The position numbers were made by a program, and so were the translations under genes. 32,000 nucleotides of DNA, taken from NCBI RefSeq assembly GCF_000284455.1, contig NC_017039.1:2340001-2372000 (forward strand). The letters are read 5' to 3'. Within the stretch, counting starts at the first letter, position 1. Each line of letters starts with the position of its first letter. The DNA is from Synechocystis sp. PCC 6803 substr. PCC-P. Lineage in GTDB: Bacteria > Cyanobacteriota > Cyanobacteriia > Cyanobacteriales > Microcystaceae. Shown piece after piece: positions 21,101 through 27,109 of the stretch. The notes under the pieces are model-generated. The model ran no database searches and had not been told where the DNA came from. It was given only the letters and a program-made list of their open reading frames with translations.

Positions 21101-23513
21101 ATTAGTTGACGCTGACCCTGACCCATCTGACCCGGATAGCGATCCGTTTGGAGACTTCTTCAATGGAGTTGTCACAGGGAACCCTGCCAACACTGGGGAT
21201 GGAACCTACACCATCACAGCAACGGATAATGCAGGCAATACCAACGATGTAGGCCAATTTGAAATTAAGACTAGTTCTCTAATTTCTATCAACGATGATC
21301 GGGGTACCGTTGTCATTGGCGATCTGGGTTTTGGCTCCATCAATGTCGATGTCTTAGCCAACGATCAGGGCTTGGGCATTCAGATCACCAACCTGACCCA
21401 ACCTCTTAAAGGTACGGCGGTGCTGCGGGATAATGGCACCCCCAATAATTTCAGTGACGATTTCTTGACCTATCACATCCATGAAGAGTTATTGGATTTA
21501 CGTTCAGCCACAGGGCCTGTACGCATAGATATCAGTGATATTTTCAGCAGTGCGAGCTACAACAATTCCGTCGGCTTCTATCAAGTTTTGGATCATTTTG
21601 GCACCATTCTTGATCCGGCTTCTGGGCGACTTTTAACCCCGGCAGATCTGGAATACAGAAATGTGGCCCTGGCCAGCGCCATTCCTGGGCTACAAATCAG
21701 TAAGGATAATCCAGTTCAGTCCATTGAACTACCTGGAGGCGGCATCTATGCTCCGTTCCTAACGTCTGACCAGGGTAACGGGCAAGTGAATCACTTCTTC
21801 GCCCTCATTGATGCCAATCCAGGTCAAGTGGACTATGTTCGTTTTGCCAATGGCACCTATAGCTTTGAAGATAGTGCCTTTGGCGATCGAGATTTCAATG
21901 ATCTGCGATTTGCGGTCAATATTTTGCCCCAGGGAGGTTTCGTTCCCCCAGCCATTGGCCTCACCGCTAACGCGGGAGTTTTCACCGCCAATGGGCTCGT
22001 TGATCAATTTACCTACACCATCACCGATGTTAATGGGGATAATCGGACCGCTAGCGTTGCCATTGACAATCAGGAACATCTCAAATTCACCCTGCTGGGA
22101 GTGGACGGAGATTTCAAAAATGAGGTGGCTATTTTCAGGGTGGACGATCGCCAGGGAACTATCAATGGCATTGCCCCAGGACAAGCAGGCTATCTGGAAG
22201 CGGCCTTAAGCAATAGCCAGGTGATATTTACCGGTATCAGTGGACAGACTCAGCTTTTCGGTGAATCCCTGACCCGGACTATGGAAGAATTCAAAGTTAG
22301 TGATAGTTTTGGTTTCCTGTTAATCCAGAATAATTCCCTGGATATGGTGCTCAGAGAGCAGGCCGCCGGGGCCATATCCACTCCGGTTTTCTTCAGTCAG
22401 GCGATCGCCAATGGCAATCAAATCCAACAAATCCCGAGTAATGATGGTCAGGGGATAGTTGTTGCTTGGGAAGATATTGCCCAGGGAGGAGACGGGGACT
22501 TTAATGACTTTATCTTCCGGGTGGCAATGACAGACCAACCGGCTCCCTTGGGGACGCTCTACCAAGGGCAAGCTCAACAGGAGATCTTCGCTAATACGAG
22601 CAATCAAAACGTTCAAATCGGGGTTCAGATCGCCAGTGACTCTGCCTATGACAATACTGTTGGTTTCTACCTGGTTCAAAATGCCCAGGGCACGGTGCTG
22701 GATTACACCACCGGTCAACTGGTCAACCCCGGTGATGCCAACTATGCTGAAGTGGCGGTGCGGCAACGTCTTGCCCTTGGTTCCAACGGCCAACCCATTG
22801 GGGGGGAAATTCGCCCAGGGCAAATTATTGCTCCCTTCCTGATTTCCAATGGCACCGAAAATCAATTCCTGACGGTTAATCCTGTCAACCAGGCGATCGC
22901 CGCTGGCCCCGTTGCCTTCTTTAGCTACATCAATGCCAACCCCGATGGACTGGATCATTTCCGGTTACTGGCGGATAACACCTTTGGGGTGGAAGACATG
23001 TTAGGAGGAGGAGACTTTGACTACAACGACGTGGTCATTAAGTTGGATCAGAATCCTGTTAATCGGGAATTATTGGACCTGCGTTCCCTCAGTGGCTCCG
23101 TAAATCTTGGCATCAACGAAATCACCGGTGATGCTTCCTTTGGGCTCTCCGTTGGTTTTTATCGGGTGGAAAATCAGTTTGGTGCCATTGCGGACCCCCT
23201 GACGGGCCAACTGCTAAACCCTGGTGATGGCAACTATCAAGCCGTGGCGCTGCAAAATACTGCCGCCCAATTTACTGTTACCCCCAGTACCACGACCCAG
23301 GCATTGGAGCTAACCGGGGGGAGCTTGTTTGCTCCTTACCTCACCGTCAGTCAGTCCGACGGCAATGTCTTTAATTACTTCTCCTATCTGGGGGCTAACC
23401 CTGATCAGGCAGATCACATTCGGGTTTTGGGGGATACCTTCCAATTTGAGGATGGCTTCTGGGGGGGAGATATGGACTTTAATGACCTCCAGTTCCGGAT
23501 TAACATCCAATAG
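9150..23513 (+). CDS. Giant (4787 aa) DUF4347 / tandem Ig-like repeat / DUF4114-like putative surface or secreted adhesin-like protein
   Basis: Single uninterrupted ORF. N-terminus LFVLDSRVFHGGLLQAATLPNIAVITLDPDQSG..LHILCHGSPGCLHLGDG..LFLYGCNVAAGDAG (DUF4347). Core of Ig-like modules joined by VDTTAPTVTI-type linkers. C-terminus with DHIRVLGDTFQFEDGFWGGDMDFNDLQFRINI (DUF4114-like). Confidence 0.95.
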   Translation: MPNSTLFVLDSRVFHGGLLQAATLPNIAVITLDPDQSGLRQITEALGRQGAVRSLHILCHGSPGCLHLGDGHLGLDNLVYHSDELKSWFVGVESPQLFLYGCNVAAGDAGTEFIEKLAGLAGAGVSASTTAIGHQALGGNWVLDFQKGDIVMENIFSAPELAAYPGILDGNGQWSLFDLVDSSGIYTERLDALQPLVQEQLSSFFAQSDYLTQLAIPFSATASTDDWTNNAESLRSSISNGSYQIRLEVRSSAELQGALGAYSATGTTDTPTVYLNADWFATASQEQIVAVLLEEIGHDFDQILNDGADSQGDEGEIFANLVKLGEVNPTYLETLKTQNDTGFAFIDGQKINLENAEDTVLNINFQNFVFNTNFTTSTPPPGVQEVRLYTNIIPTFTTQQINAKVTIRAVNITIANSTIDSNASNTARIQPLIDANATGGGYFEYQFEFQDTLGNPISLNQFALTGIDVDGNSTTEREFYEVSGYSNYQIAVVGPPRLNVSESTQGDTKTLRVDGRPSVLTGISFDDTASFIANFLTPVSSLTVRAGVIWNNASNDVRQFSFALGAPLGTFSNPQTIDTIAPIVTSILRNNPTSEITNADSLTFQVTFSENVQNVDVNDFILSGTGVSGATISNVSGSGSVYTVTVTGIANNNGTVNLDFASGQNIRDTANNALSNTTPTTDEQYTLDNTAPAASITLDANITADDIINIAESGQAIPITGTVGGEFNVGDTVTLTVNDKTFTGAVGAGGLFSINVPGSDLIVDADLTIAASIATTDAAGNLGSATDNQTYTVDTTAPIPIITVNDVTADNIINAAESGQAIPITGTVGGEFNVGDTVTLTVNGKPFTGTVDANGDFSIDVLGGDLVNGSDLTIAASVATTDAAGNPGSASDNQTYTVDTTAPTVTINAIAVDDIINAVEAGSPVAVSGTTTGVEDGQVVTVTIDGNTYTATVTGNAWTFNIPVADIANFEATEEVVATVSDLAGNPATPATRNITVDTVAPAVTIDSISDDTGAQANDFITNDDTLVFNGTAEADSTVVVSLDGIEIGTVTANGAGEWTLDYTGTLLADGDYELSVTATNPTGNSATATQTIVVDTTAPTVTINAIAVDDIINAVEAGSPVAVSGTTTGVEDGQVVTVTIDGNTYTATVTGNAWTFNIPVADIANFEATEEVVATVSDLAGNPATPATRNITVDTTAPTVTINAIAVDDIINAVEAGSPVAVSGTTTGVEDGQVVTVTIDGNTYTATVTGNAWTFNIPVADIANFEATEEVVATVSDLAGNPATPATRNITVDTVAPAVTIDSISDDTGAQANDFITNDDTLVFNGTAEADSTVVVSLDGIEIGTVTANGAGEWTLDYTGTLLADGDYELSVTATNPTGNSATATQTIVVDTTAPTVTINAIAVDDIINAVEAGSPVAVSGTTTGVEDGQVVTVTIDGNTYTATVTGNAWTFNIPVADIANFEATEEVVATVSDLAGNPATPATRNITVDTTAPTVTINAIAVDDIINAVEAGSPVAVSGTTTGVEDGQVVTVTIDGNTYTATVTGNAWTFNIPVADIANFEATEEVVATVSDLAGNPATPATRNITVDTVAPAVTIDSISDDTGAQANDFITNDDTLVFNGTAEADSTVVVSLDGIEIGTVTANGAGEWTLDYTGTLLADGDYELSVTATNPTGNSATATQTIVVDTTAPTVTINAIAVDDIINAVEAGSPVAVSGTTTGVEDGQVVTVTIDGNTYTATVTGNAWTFNIPVADIANFEATEEVVATVSDLAGNPATPATRNITVDTTAPTVTINAIAVDDIINAVEAGSPVAVSGTTTGVEDGQVVTVTIDGNTYTATVTGNAWTFNIPVADIANFEATEEVVATVSDLAGNPATPATRNITVDTVAPAVTIDSISDDTGAQANDFITNDDTLVFNGTAEADSTVVVSLDGIEIGTVTANGAGEWTLDYTGTLLADGDYELSVTATNPTGNSATATQTIVVDTTAPTVTINAIAVDDIINAVEAGSPVAVSGTTTGVEDGQVVTVTIDGNTYTATVTGNAWTFNIPVADIANFEATEEVVATVSDLAGNPATPATRNITVDTTAPTVTINAIAVDDIINAVEAGSPVAVSGTTTGVEDGQVVTVTIDGNTYTATVTGNAWTFNIPVADIANFEATEEVVATVSDLAGNPATPATRNITVDTVAPAVTIDSISDDTGAQANDFITNDDTLVFNGTAEADSTVVVSLDGIEIGTVTANGAGEWTLDYTGTLLADGDYELSVTATNPTGNSATATQTIVVDTTAPTVTINAIAVDDIINAVEAGSPVAVSGTTTGVEDGQVVTVTIDGNTYTATVTGNAWTFNIPVADIANFEATEEVVATVSDLAGNPATPATRNITVDTTAPTVTINAIAVDDIINAVEAGSPVAVSGTTTGVEDGQVVTVTIDGNTYTATVTGNAWTFNIPVADIANFEATEEVVATVSDLAGNPATPATRNITVDTVAPAVTIDSISDDTGAQANDFITNDDTLVFNGTAEADSTVVVSLDGIEIGTVTANGAGEWTLDYTGTLLADGDYELSVTATNPTGNSATATQTIVVDTTAPTVTINAIAVDDIINAVEAGSPVAVSGTTTGVEDGQVVTVTIDGNTYTATVTGNAWTFNIPVADIANFEATEEVVATVSDLAGNPATPATRNITVDTTAPTVTINAIAVDDIINAVEAGSPVAVSGTTTGVEDGQVVTVTIDGNTYTATVTGNAWTFNIPVADIANFEATEEVVATVSDLAGNPATPATRNITVDTVAPAVNELDITDNTDTGADDLITSNGNPVLTFTGEPGLTITLTGPDGALAPSAAYTVAETPSANGSTYTVILLDAIPNGEPDPFGDFANGVATNNPDNTGDGTYTIVATDAAGNSVEVDEFVIDTTPPNIAITAITNDSGTPGDFITNDQTLIYSGTTDANATVTVTLTDSSNNPVFTATTTADANGNWSLDRTANETLAGGTYTLTASTTDLAGNTTTDTQAIRIETNAPGIAIASISTDSGIPGDFVTNDQTLVIAGTWTNLDTNTLAVTFNGTTYTFGENPQLTVSGNNWTLDLSGITTPPGDYVITAVTTDLANNTSQATQNVTIDTTAPNASITLTSNITADDVINAVEAGQLIPITGTVGGNVRAGDIVTLAIGGQTFTGAVANGGTFSIDVPGSALVADPDRTIQASVTTTDLAGNSTTATDTESYTVDTTVPGAPIVTITEDVNNDGLISVGELSGLVDVSIAIPGGVVAGDILTISDGTTPQTIVLTAAQINAGVVTTQVAVPNPGTTLTVTAFVTDIAGNQGTSGRDSAVLDTTAPGAPTVTITEDTNNDGFISAGELNGLVDVSIALPTGLVAGDTLTISDGTTPQTIVLTTAQITAGVVTTQVAVPNPGTTLTVTAFVTDIAGNQGPSGRDSAVLDTTAPEAPVVTIAEDANNDGLISAGELNGLVDVLIALPTGLVAGDTLTISDGTTPQTIVLTTAQITAGVVTTQVAVPNPGTTLTVTAFVTDIAGNQGPSGRDSAVLDTTAPEAPVVTIAEDANNDGLISAGELNGLVDVLIALPTGLVAGDTLTISDGTTPQTIVLTAAQINAGVVTTQVAVPAEGATLTVSAFITDNTGNQGPDGSDSAVLNTTAPNAGPLDITDATDTGADDLLSSNGNPELTFTGEPGLEIELLGPDGNPVDPDAYEVVETPGANPGDPSTYTIKLIDADPSDPDSDPFGDFFNGVVTGNPANTGDGTYTITATDNAGNTNDVGQFEIDTTSPGTPNNGNSPFSPLDITDPTDTGADDLLSSDGNPELTFTGEPGLEIELLGSDGNSVDPDAYEVLETPGVNPGDPSTYTIKLIDADPSDPDSDPFGDFFNGSPTGNGANTGDGIYTITATDNAGNTNDVGQFEIDTTSPGTPNNGNSPFSPLDITDATDTGADDLLSGNGNPELTFSGESGLEIELLGPDGNPVDPDAYEVVETPGANPGDPSTYTIKLVDADPDPSDPDSDPFGDFFNGVVTGNPANTGDGTYTITATDNAGNTNDVGQFEIKTSSLISINDDRGTVVIGDLGFGSINVDVLANDQGLGIQITNLTQPLKGTAVLRDNGTPNNFSDDFLTYHIHEELLDLRSATGPVRIDISDIFSSASYNNSVGFYQVLDHFGTILDPASGRLLTPADLEYRNVALASAIPGLQISKDNPVQSIELPGGGIYAPFLTSDQGNGQVNHFFALIDANPGQVDYVRFANGTYSFEDSAFGDRDFNDLRFAVNILPQGGFVPPAIGLTANAGVFTANGLVDQFTYTITDVNGDNRTASVAIDNQEHLKFTLLGVDGDFKNEVAIFRVDDRQGTINGIAPGQAGYLEAALSNSQVIFTGISGQTQLFGESLTRTMEEFKVSDSFGFLLIQNNSLDMVLREQAAGAISTPVFFSQAIANGNQIQQIPSNDGQGIVVAWEDIAQGGDGDFNDFIFRVAMTDQPAPLGTLYQGQAQQEIFANTSNQNVQIGVQIASDSAYDNTVGFYLVQNAQGTVLDYTTGQLVNPGDANYAEVAVRQRLALGSNGQPIGGEIRPGQIIAPFLISNGTENQFLTVNPVNQAIAAGPVAFFSYINANPDGLDHFRLLADNTFGVEDMLGGGDFDYNDVVIKLDQNPVNRELLDLRSLSGSVNLGINEITGDASFGLSVGFYRVENQFGAIADPLTGQLLNPGDGNYQAVALQNTAAQFTVTPSTTTQALELTGGSLFAPYLTVSQSDGNVFNYFSYLGANPDQADHIRVLGDTFQFEDGFWGGDMDFNDLQFRINIQ
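9159..9645 (+). other. DUF4347-like N-terminal domain of the giant ORF (approximate bounds)
   Basis: Motifs HILCHGSPG and LFLYGCNVAAG, and position at the extreme N-terminus, as in other cyanobacterial repeat proteins. Confidence 0.85.
11211..11843 (+). repeat. Two diverged Ig-like modules (318 + 315 bp) preceding the main array
   Basis: Shared ADD/NIIN..AESGQAIPITGTVGGEFNVGDTVTLTVN.K.FTG..IAAS.ATTDAAGN.GSA.DNQTYTVD. Second copy starts at 11529. Confidence 0.9.
11841..17465 (+). repeat. Higher-order in-frame tandem repeat: 888-bp A-B-A units (297+294+297 bp), 6.33 copies, 19 Ig-like modules
   Basis: Unit starts at 11841, 12729, 13617, 14505, 15393, 16281 and a terminal A module at 17169. 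B modules start at 12138, 13026, 13914, 14802, 15690, 16578. The period is exactly 888 and is echoed by the spacing of the shadow ORFs. Confidence 0.98.
17466..18779 (+). repeat. Diverged Ig-like modules following the main array
   Basis: Modules opening VDTVAPAVNELDITD, IDTTPPNIAITAI, IETNAPGIAIASI and IDTTAPNASITLTSN; related in layout, much more diverged than the array. Confidence 0.8.
18780..20051 (+). repeat. Four tandem 318-bp modules, each with an EF-hand-like loop
   Basis: Starts at 18780, 19098, 19416, 19734. Each begins near VTI.ED.NNDG.IS.GEL and contains DGTTPQTIVLT.AQI.AGVVTTQVAVP. Confidence 0.95.
20052..21266 (+). repeat. Three tandem Asp/Pro-rich modules (387, 411, 417 bp)
   Basis: Starts at 20052, 20439, 20850. 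Shared LDITD.TDTGADDLLS..GNPELTF.GE.GLEIELLG.DGN.VDPDAYEV.ETPG.NPGDPSTYTIKL.DADP..DSDPFGDFFNG. Confidence 0.95.
21750..23513 (+). repeat. About four DUF4114-like C-terminal segments (approximate bounds)
   Basis: Recurring signatures: YVRFANGTYSFEDSAFGDRDFNDLRFAVNI; IVVAWEDIAQGGDGDFNDFIFRVAM; FRLLADNTFGVEDMLGGGDFDYNDVVIKL; IRVLGDTFQFEDGFWGGDMDFNDLQFRINI. Confidence 0.8.
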
Positions 23514-23590
23514 GGGCGCTGATCAGGGTAAAAAGTGGCTCTGGATTTCCCCCGCCGGTGGGTCTAGGGCAGGGCAAATTTAAAGAAACT

Positions 23591-23614
23591 CTGGGGATTG
23601 GCTCCATTCCCCAG
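23591..23614 (+). terminator. Hairpin downstream of the giant gene (terminator-like, but no T-tract on the + strand)
   Basis: CTGGGGA (23591-23597)/TCCCCAG (23608-23614) perfect 7-bp inverted repeat 78 bp after the stop codon, followed by AAAAAC. Confidence 0.35.
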
Positions 23615-23757
23615 AAAAACCTTTAAGATGGGTGGGATCTTTGCACTCTGGACATTCCCGCCCCCGGCGATCGCCATGGGTAGGGGAAGCTTTTTTCCCC
23701 TGTTGCCGTCAATGGATTCCGTGAGTCCGGTTTACCTTTCCGCCGTCCCCCAGGTTT

Positions 23758-26700
23758 ATGTTGCTGAGTATCTCCAACGTTTTCATCAAAAACCCCGTGC
23801 TGACTACGGTGTGCACCATCGTGATCATCCTCCTCGGGGCGATCGCCTTACCCCTCCTGCCCCTGGCCAAACTTCCAGACATGGCCCCCAAACAGGTGCA
23901 GGTAACCACCAACTATGTGGGCTCCGATGCCCAAACTGCAGTGGATAATGTCACCACTGTGCTAGAGCGGCAGATTAACGGTACGGAGCAAGTCATTTAT
24001 ATGAACTCCACCACCGACAACACTGGCACTAGCACCATCAACGTCTATTTCCCGGTGGAAATGGACCGCAACATTGCCCAGGTACTCGTCCAAAATAACG
24101 TGGCGATCGCCGCTTCCAGTTTGCCGGAAGTTGTCAACCGCCAGGGGGTAACGACCCAGACCCAATCCCCCTCTGTCACCATTGCCTATGGGGTTTACTC
24201 AGAAAACGATGACCAGGGCAAACCGATCTATGACGACATCTTTGTCAGTAACTTTGTTGACCGGGTGTTGCTGGATGAAATTAAACGGATTGACGGGGTG
24301 GGTTCGGCCATTTTAATTGGGGCTTCTGAATATGCCATGCGTTTTTGGCTAGACCCCGATGCCTTGGCCGCTAGGGACTTAACCGCGGCCGATGTTACCA
24401 ACGCCATTCGGAGCCAAAACATTCAAGTGGGGGTAGGGGGGGTTAACCTGCCGCCGGTCACTGATCAACAACGTTTCCAAATTAATGCCCGGGCCCTGAG
24501 TCGCTTTACCACCCCGGAAGAAGCGGAACAAATTGTCGTCAAAGTGGGGGATGATGGTACTCTCATTCGTATTAAAGATGTGGGGAGGGCCACCATTGGT
24601 ACCCAAAACTATATTCAAACTGCCCTGTTCAATAACGCCCCGGCAGTGGCATTTGTTATCTATCAACTGCCCGGTACCAATGCCCTAGACACGGCCAACA
24701 TGGTCAAGGAAAAAATGGCGGAGTTACGGCCCCTATTTCCCCCTGGTCTAAATGCAGAGGTAGCTTTGGATAACACCCTGTTTGTGACGGCATCTTTGGA
24801 AGAAGCGGCCCTGACCCTAATTGAAGCCATTTTGCTGGTAATTTTAGTGATTTTTATCTTCCTACAAAATTGGCGTACTACCCTAATCCCAGCCCTGGCC
24901 ATTCCCGTATCTTTGATTGGGGCCATGGCCTTTGCCCTAGCTTTTGGTTTTAGCTTGAACCAGTTGACCCTGTTTGGGGTAATTCTGGCCACTGGTCTCG
25001 TGGTGGATGACGGTATTTTGGTGGTGGAGGCGATCGAGGTAAAACTGGATCAAGGCATGAAGCCATTCCAGGCCGCCCTAGATGCCATGGGGGAACTAAC
25101 GGGAGCCGTAATTTCCACCTCTTTGGTGTTGATGGCTGTGTTCATCCCTGTGACATTCTTCCCAGGTACTACGGGGATTGTTTATAAGCAATTTGCTGTA
25201 ATTATGGCTTCGGCGGTAGCGGTATCTACTTTTAATGCCATCAGTTTTTCCCCTAGTATGTCCGCCATTTTAATGCGGCCCAAAAAAGAGGTCCATGGCC
25301 CCCTCGCTTGGTTTTTCAATCTTTTTAACCGCACCTTTGACTGGTTAAAGGAACGCTACGGCAATATTATCACGGCAATTTTAAAGGTCAGACTGCTGGC
25401 TATTCCCATTTTTATTGGCAGTTTAATCCTCACAGTAATTGTCTATAACATCACCCCCACTGGGTTTATTCCCGAAGAAGATCAGGGGTATTTTTTCATG
25501 TTGGGCAACTCCCCCGCCGGTGTGTCTATTGAGTACACTAAAGATGTGATTTCCCAAGCAACGGAAATTGTCTCCGCTCGCCCAGAGGTGGAACATGTGC
25601 TGGGTATGGGGGGCTTTAGCTTTTTAGGCAATGACAGTAGTAAATCCCTCTTTTTCGTCAAGCTGAAAAATTGGGACGAACGCCCCGGGCAAAAGGGGTC
25701 TGTGTTCGGTCTGTTGGCAGAAATTAACCGAGAGTTAGCTCAAAAAATTCCCGATGCCCAGGTGTTTGCCGTTAATGCTCCCCCGGTGGACGGCCTTAGT
25801 AGCACAGGGGGTCTGGATTTTTACATCCAAAACCGGGGTGGTATGCCCCTGGAAAATTTCTTGGACTATGTCCAGCAATATATGGAAAAGCTGCGCCAGG
25901 AACCGGCTCTCAATCCCCGTACGGTTTTTACCCAATTTACCTTTAATGCTCCCTTGTTAGAAATTGGGGTGGATCGGGAAAAGGCCAATGCCCAAAATGT
26001 TGATATTTCGGAGGTGTTCAACACCATTGGTATTTACATGGGGTCTAGCTATATCAACCAATTTGTGATGGAAAGCCGGCTTTATCAGGTGTATGCCATG
26101 GCCGATGGGCAATTCCGTTCTAATCCCCGGGATATTGGTCGCCTTTATGTCCGTTCCCGCACTGGGGCTTTAGTTCAGCTCAGCAATTTAATTGATGTTA
26201 AACAAACCACCTATCCCCCGATTCTGACCAATTTCAATATTTATCCGGCGGTGGATGTCCAGGCTTCTCCGGCGGCGGGCTACAGTACGGGGCAAGCCAT
26301 GGCAACCATGGAAAGGTTGTCTAAGGAGATGTTCCCCGATTCCATTGGTTATGCCTGGTATGGTACGGGCTATGAAGAATTGCAATCGGCGGGGGCGGCT
26401 CCGATCATTTTTGGTTTAGCCTTCATCATGGTGTTCCTGGTACTCTCAGCCCAGTACGAAAGTTACGTGGATCCCGCCATTATCATGATGACTGTTCCCC
26501 TAGCTATTCTCGGGGCGATCGGGGCGATTTTACTGCGGGCCAACTTTATGGTAGCCACCAACATGGTTTGGCCCACGGTAAACAACAATGTTTACGCCCA
26601 GGTAGCCTTGGTTATGTTAATTGGTCTAGCTAGTAAAAACGCCATTTTGATTGTGGAATTTGGTAATCAGGCTATGGATTTGGGCATGAAAATTCCCCAG

Positions 26701-27009
26701 GCGGCGGCTTTTGCGGCCAAGGAAAGGATGCGACCGATTCTGATGACCGCCATTTCCGGGCTGGTGGGTTTTTGGCCCTTGGTAATTGCTTCTGGGGCGG
26801 GGGCGATGAGCCGCTGGTCCTTGGGAACGGCTATTTTTGGTGGTTATCTAATTTCCACCATTCTTAGTTTGTTCCTAGTGCCGGTGCTCTATACCCTTGT
26901 CAAAGAGGCTGAGGCTCGCTTTTTGAAGGGGGAGAAAGGGGAAGGTGATTCTAATCCACCCCCTCCCTCCGGGGAAGATAATGGGGAGCCTGTTAATAAC
27001 CCCAGCTAG
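23758..27009 (+). CDS. HAE1-type RND multidrug efflux transporter (AcrB-like)
   Basis: 1083 aa. ISNVFIKNPVLTTVCTIVIILLGAIALPLLPLAKLPDMAPKQVQVTTNYVGSDAQTAVDNVTTVLERQING, LFGVILATGLVVDDGILVVEAIE, GLASKNAILIVEF and two large periplasmic-loop regions. Confidence 0.95.
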   Translation: MLLSISNVFIKNPVLTTVCTIVIILLGAIALPLLPLAKLPDMAPKQVQVTTNYVGSDAQTAVDNVTTVLERQINGTEQVIYMNSTTDNTGTSTINVYFPVEMDRNIAQVLVQNNVAIAASSLPEVVNRQGVTTQTQSPSVTIAYGVYSENDDQGKPIYDDIFVSNFVDRVLLDEIKRIDGVGSAILIGASEYAMRFWLDPDALAARDLTAADVTNAIRSQNIQVGVGGVNLPPVTDQQRFQINARALSRFTTPEEAEQIVVKVGDDGTLIRIKDVGRATIGTQNYIQTALFNNAPAVAFVIYQLPGTNALDTANMVKEKMAELRPLFPPGLNAEVALDNTLFVTASLEEAALTLIEAILLVILVIFIFLQNWRTTLIPALAIPVSLIGAMAFALAFGFSLNQLTLFGVILATGLVVDDGILVVEAIEVKLDQGMKPFQAALDAMGELTGAVISTSLVLMAVFIPVTFFPGTTGIVYKQFAVIMASAVAVSTFNAISFSPSMSAILMRPKKEVHGPLAWFFNLFNRTFDWLKERYGNIITAILKVRLLAIPIFIGSLILTVIVYNITPTGFIPEEDQGYFFMLGNSPAGVSIEYTKDVISQATEIVSARPEVEHVLGMGGFSFLGNDSSKSLFFVKLKNWDERPGQKGSVFGLLAEINRELAQKIPDAQVFAVNAPPVDGLSSTGGLDFYIQNRGGMPLENFLDYVQQYMEKLRQEPALNPRTVFTQFTFNAPLLEIGVDREKANAQNVDISEVFNTIGIYMGSSYINQFVMESRLYQVYAMADGQFRSNPRDIGRLYVRSRTGALVQLSNLIDVKQTTYPPILTNFNIYPAVDVQASPAAGYSTGQAMATMERLSKEMFPDSIGYAWYGTGYEELQSAGAAPIIFGLAFIMVFLVLSAQYESYVDPAIIMMTVPLAILGAIGAILLRANFMVATNMVWPTVNNNVYAQVALVMLIGLASKNAILIVEFGNQAMDLGMKIPQAAAFAAKERMRPILMTAISGLVGFWPLVIASGAGAMSRWSLGTAIFGGYLISTILSLFLVPVLYTLVKEAEARFLKGEKGEGDSNPPPPSGEDNGEPVNNPS

Positions 27010-27109
27010 CAAGATTGGGGGCCAGCAACCTAGACTAGAAAGTGAAGCCAATGGCTTTGGGGCAACTTAAACTCTGGAATTTTCCAGCTTGAGGGGGAGG
27101 CATTAACCC

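Noticed and set aside
9150-23513. Composite mobile element, toxin delivery or contact-dependent inhibition system
   Set aside because: No transposase, terminal inverted repeats, immunity-like small ORF, RHS/YD repeats, two-partner secretion domain or C-terminal nuclease is visible.
23598-23948. 116-aa + ORF overlapping the start of the RND gene
   Set aside because: Overlaps the well-supported RND N-terminus out of frame; Pro/Arg-rich with no recognisable motif.
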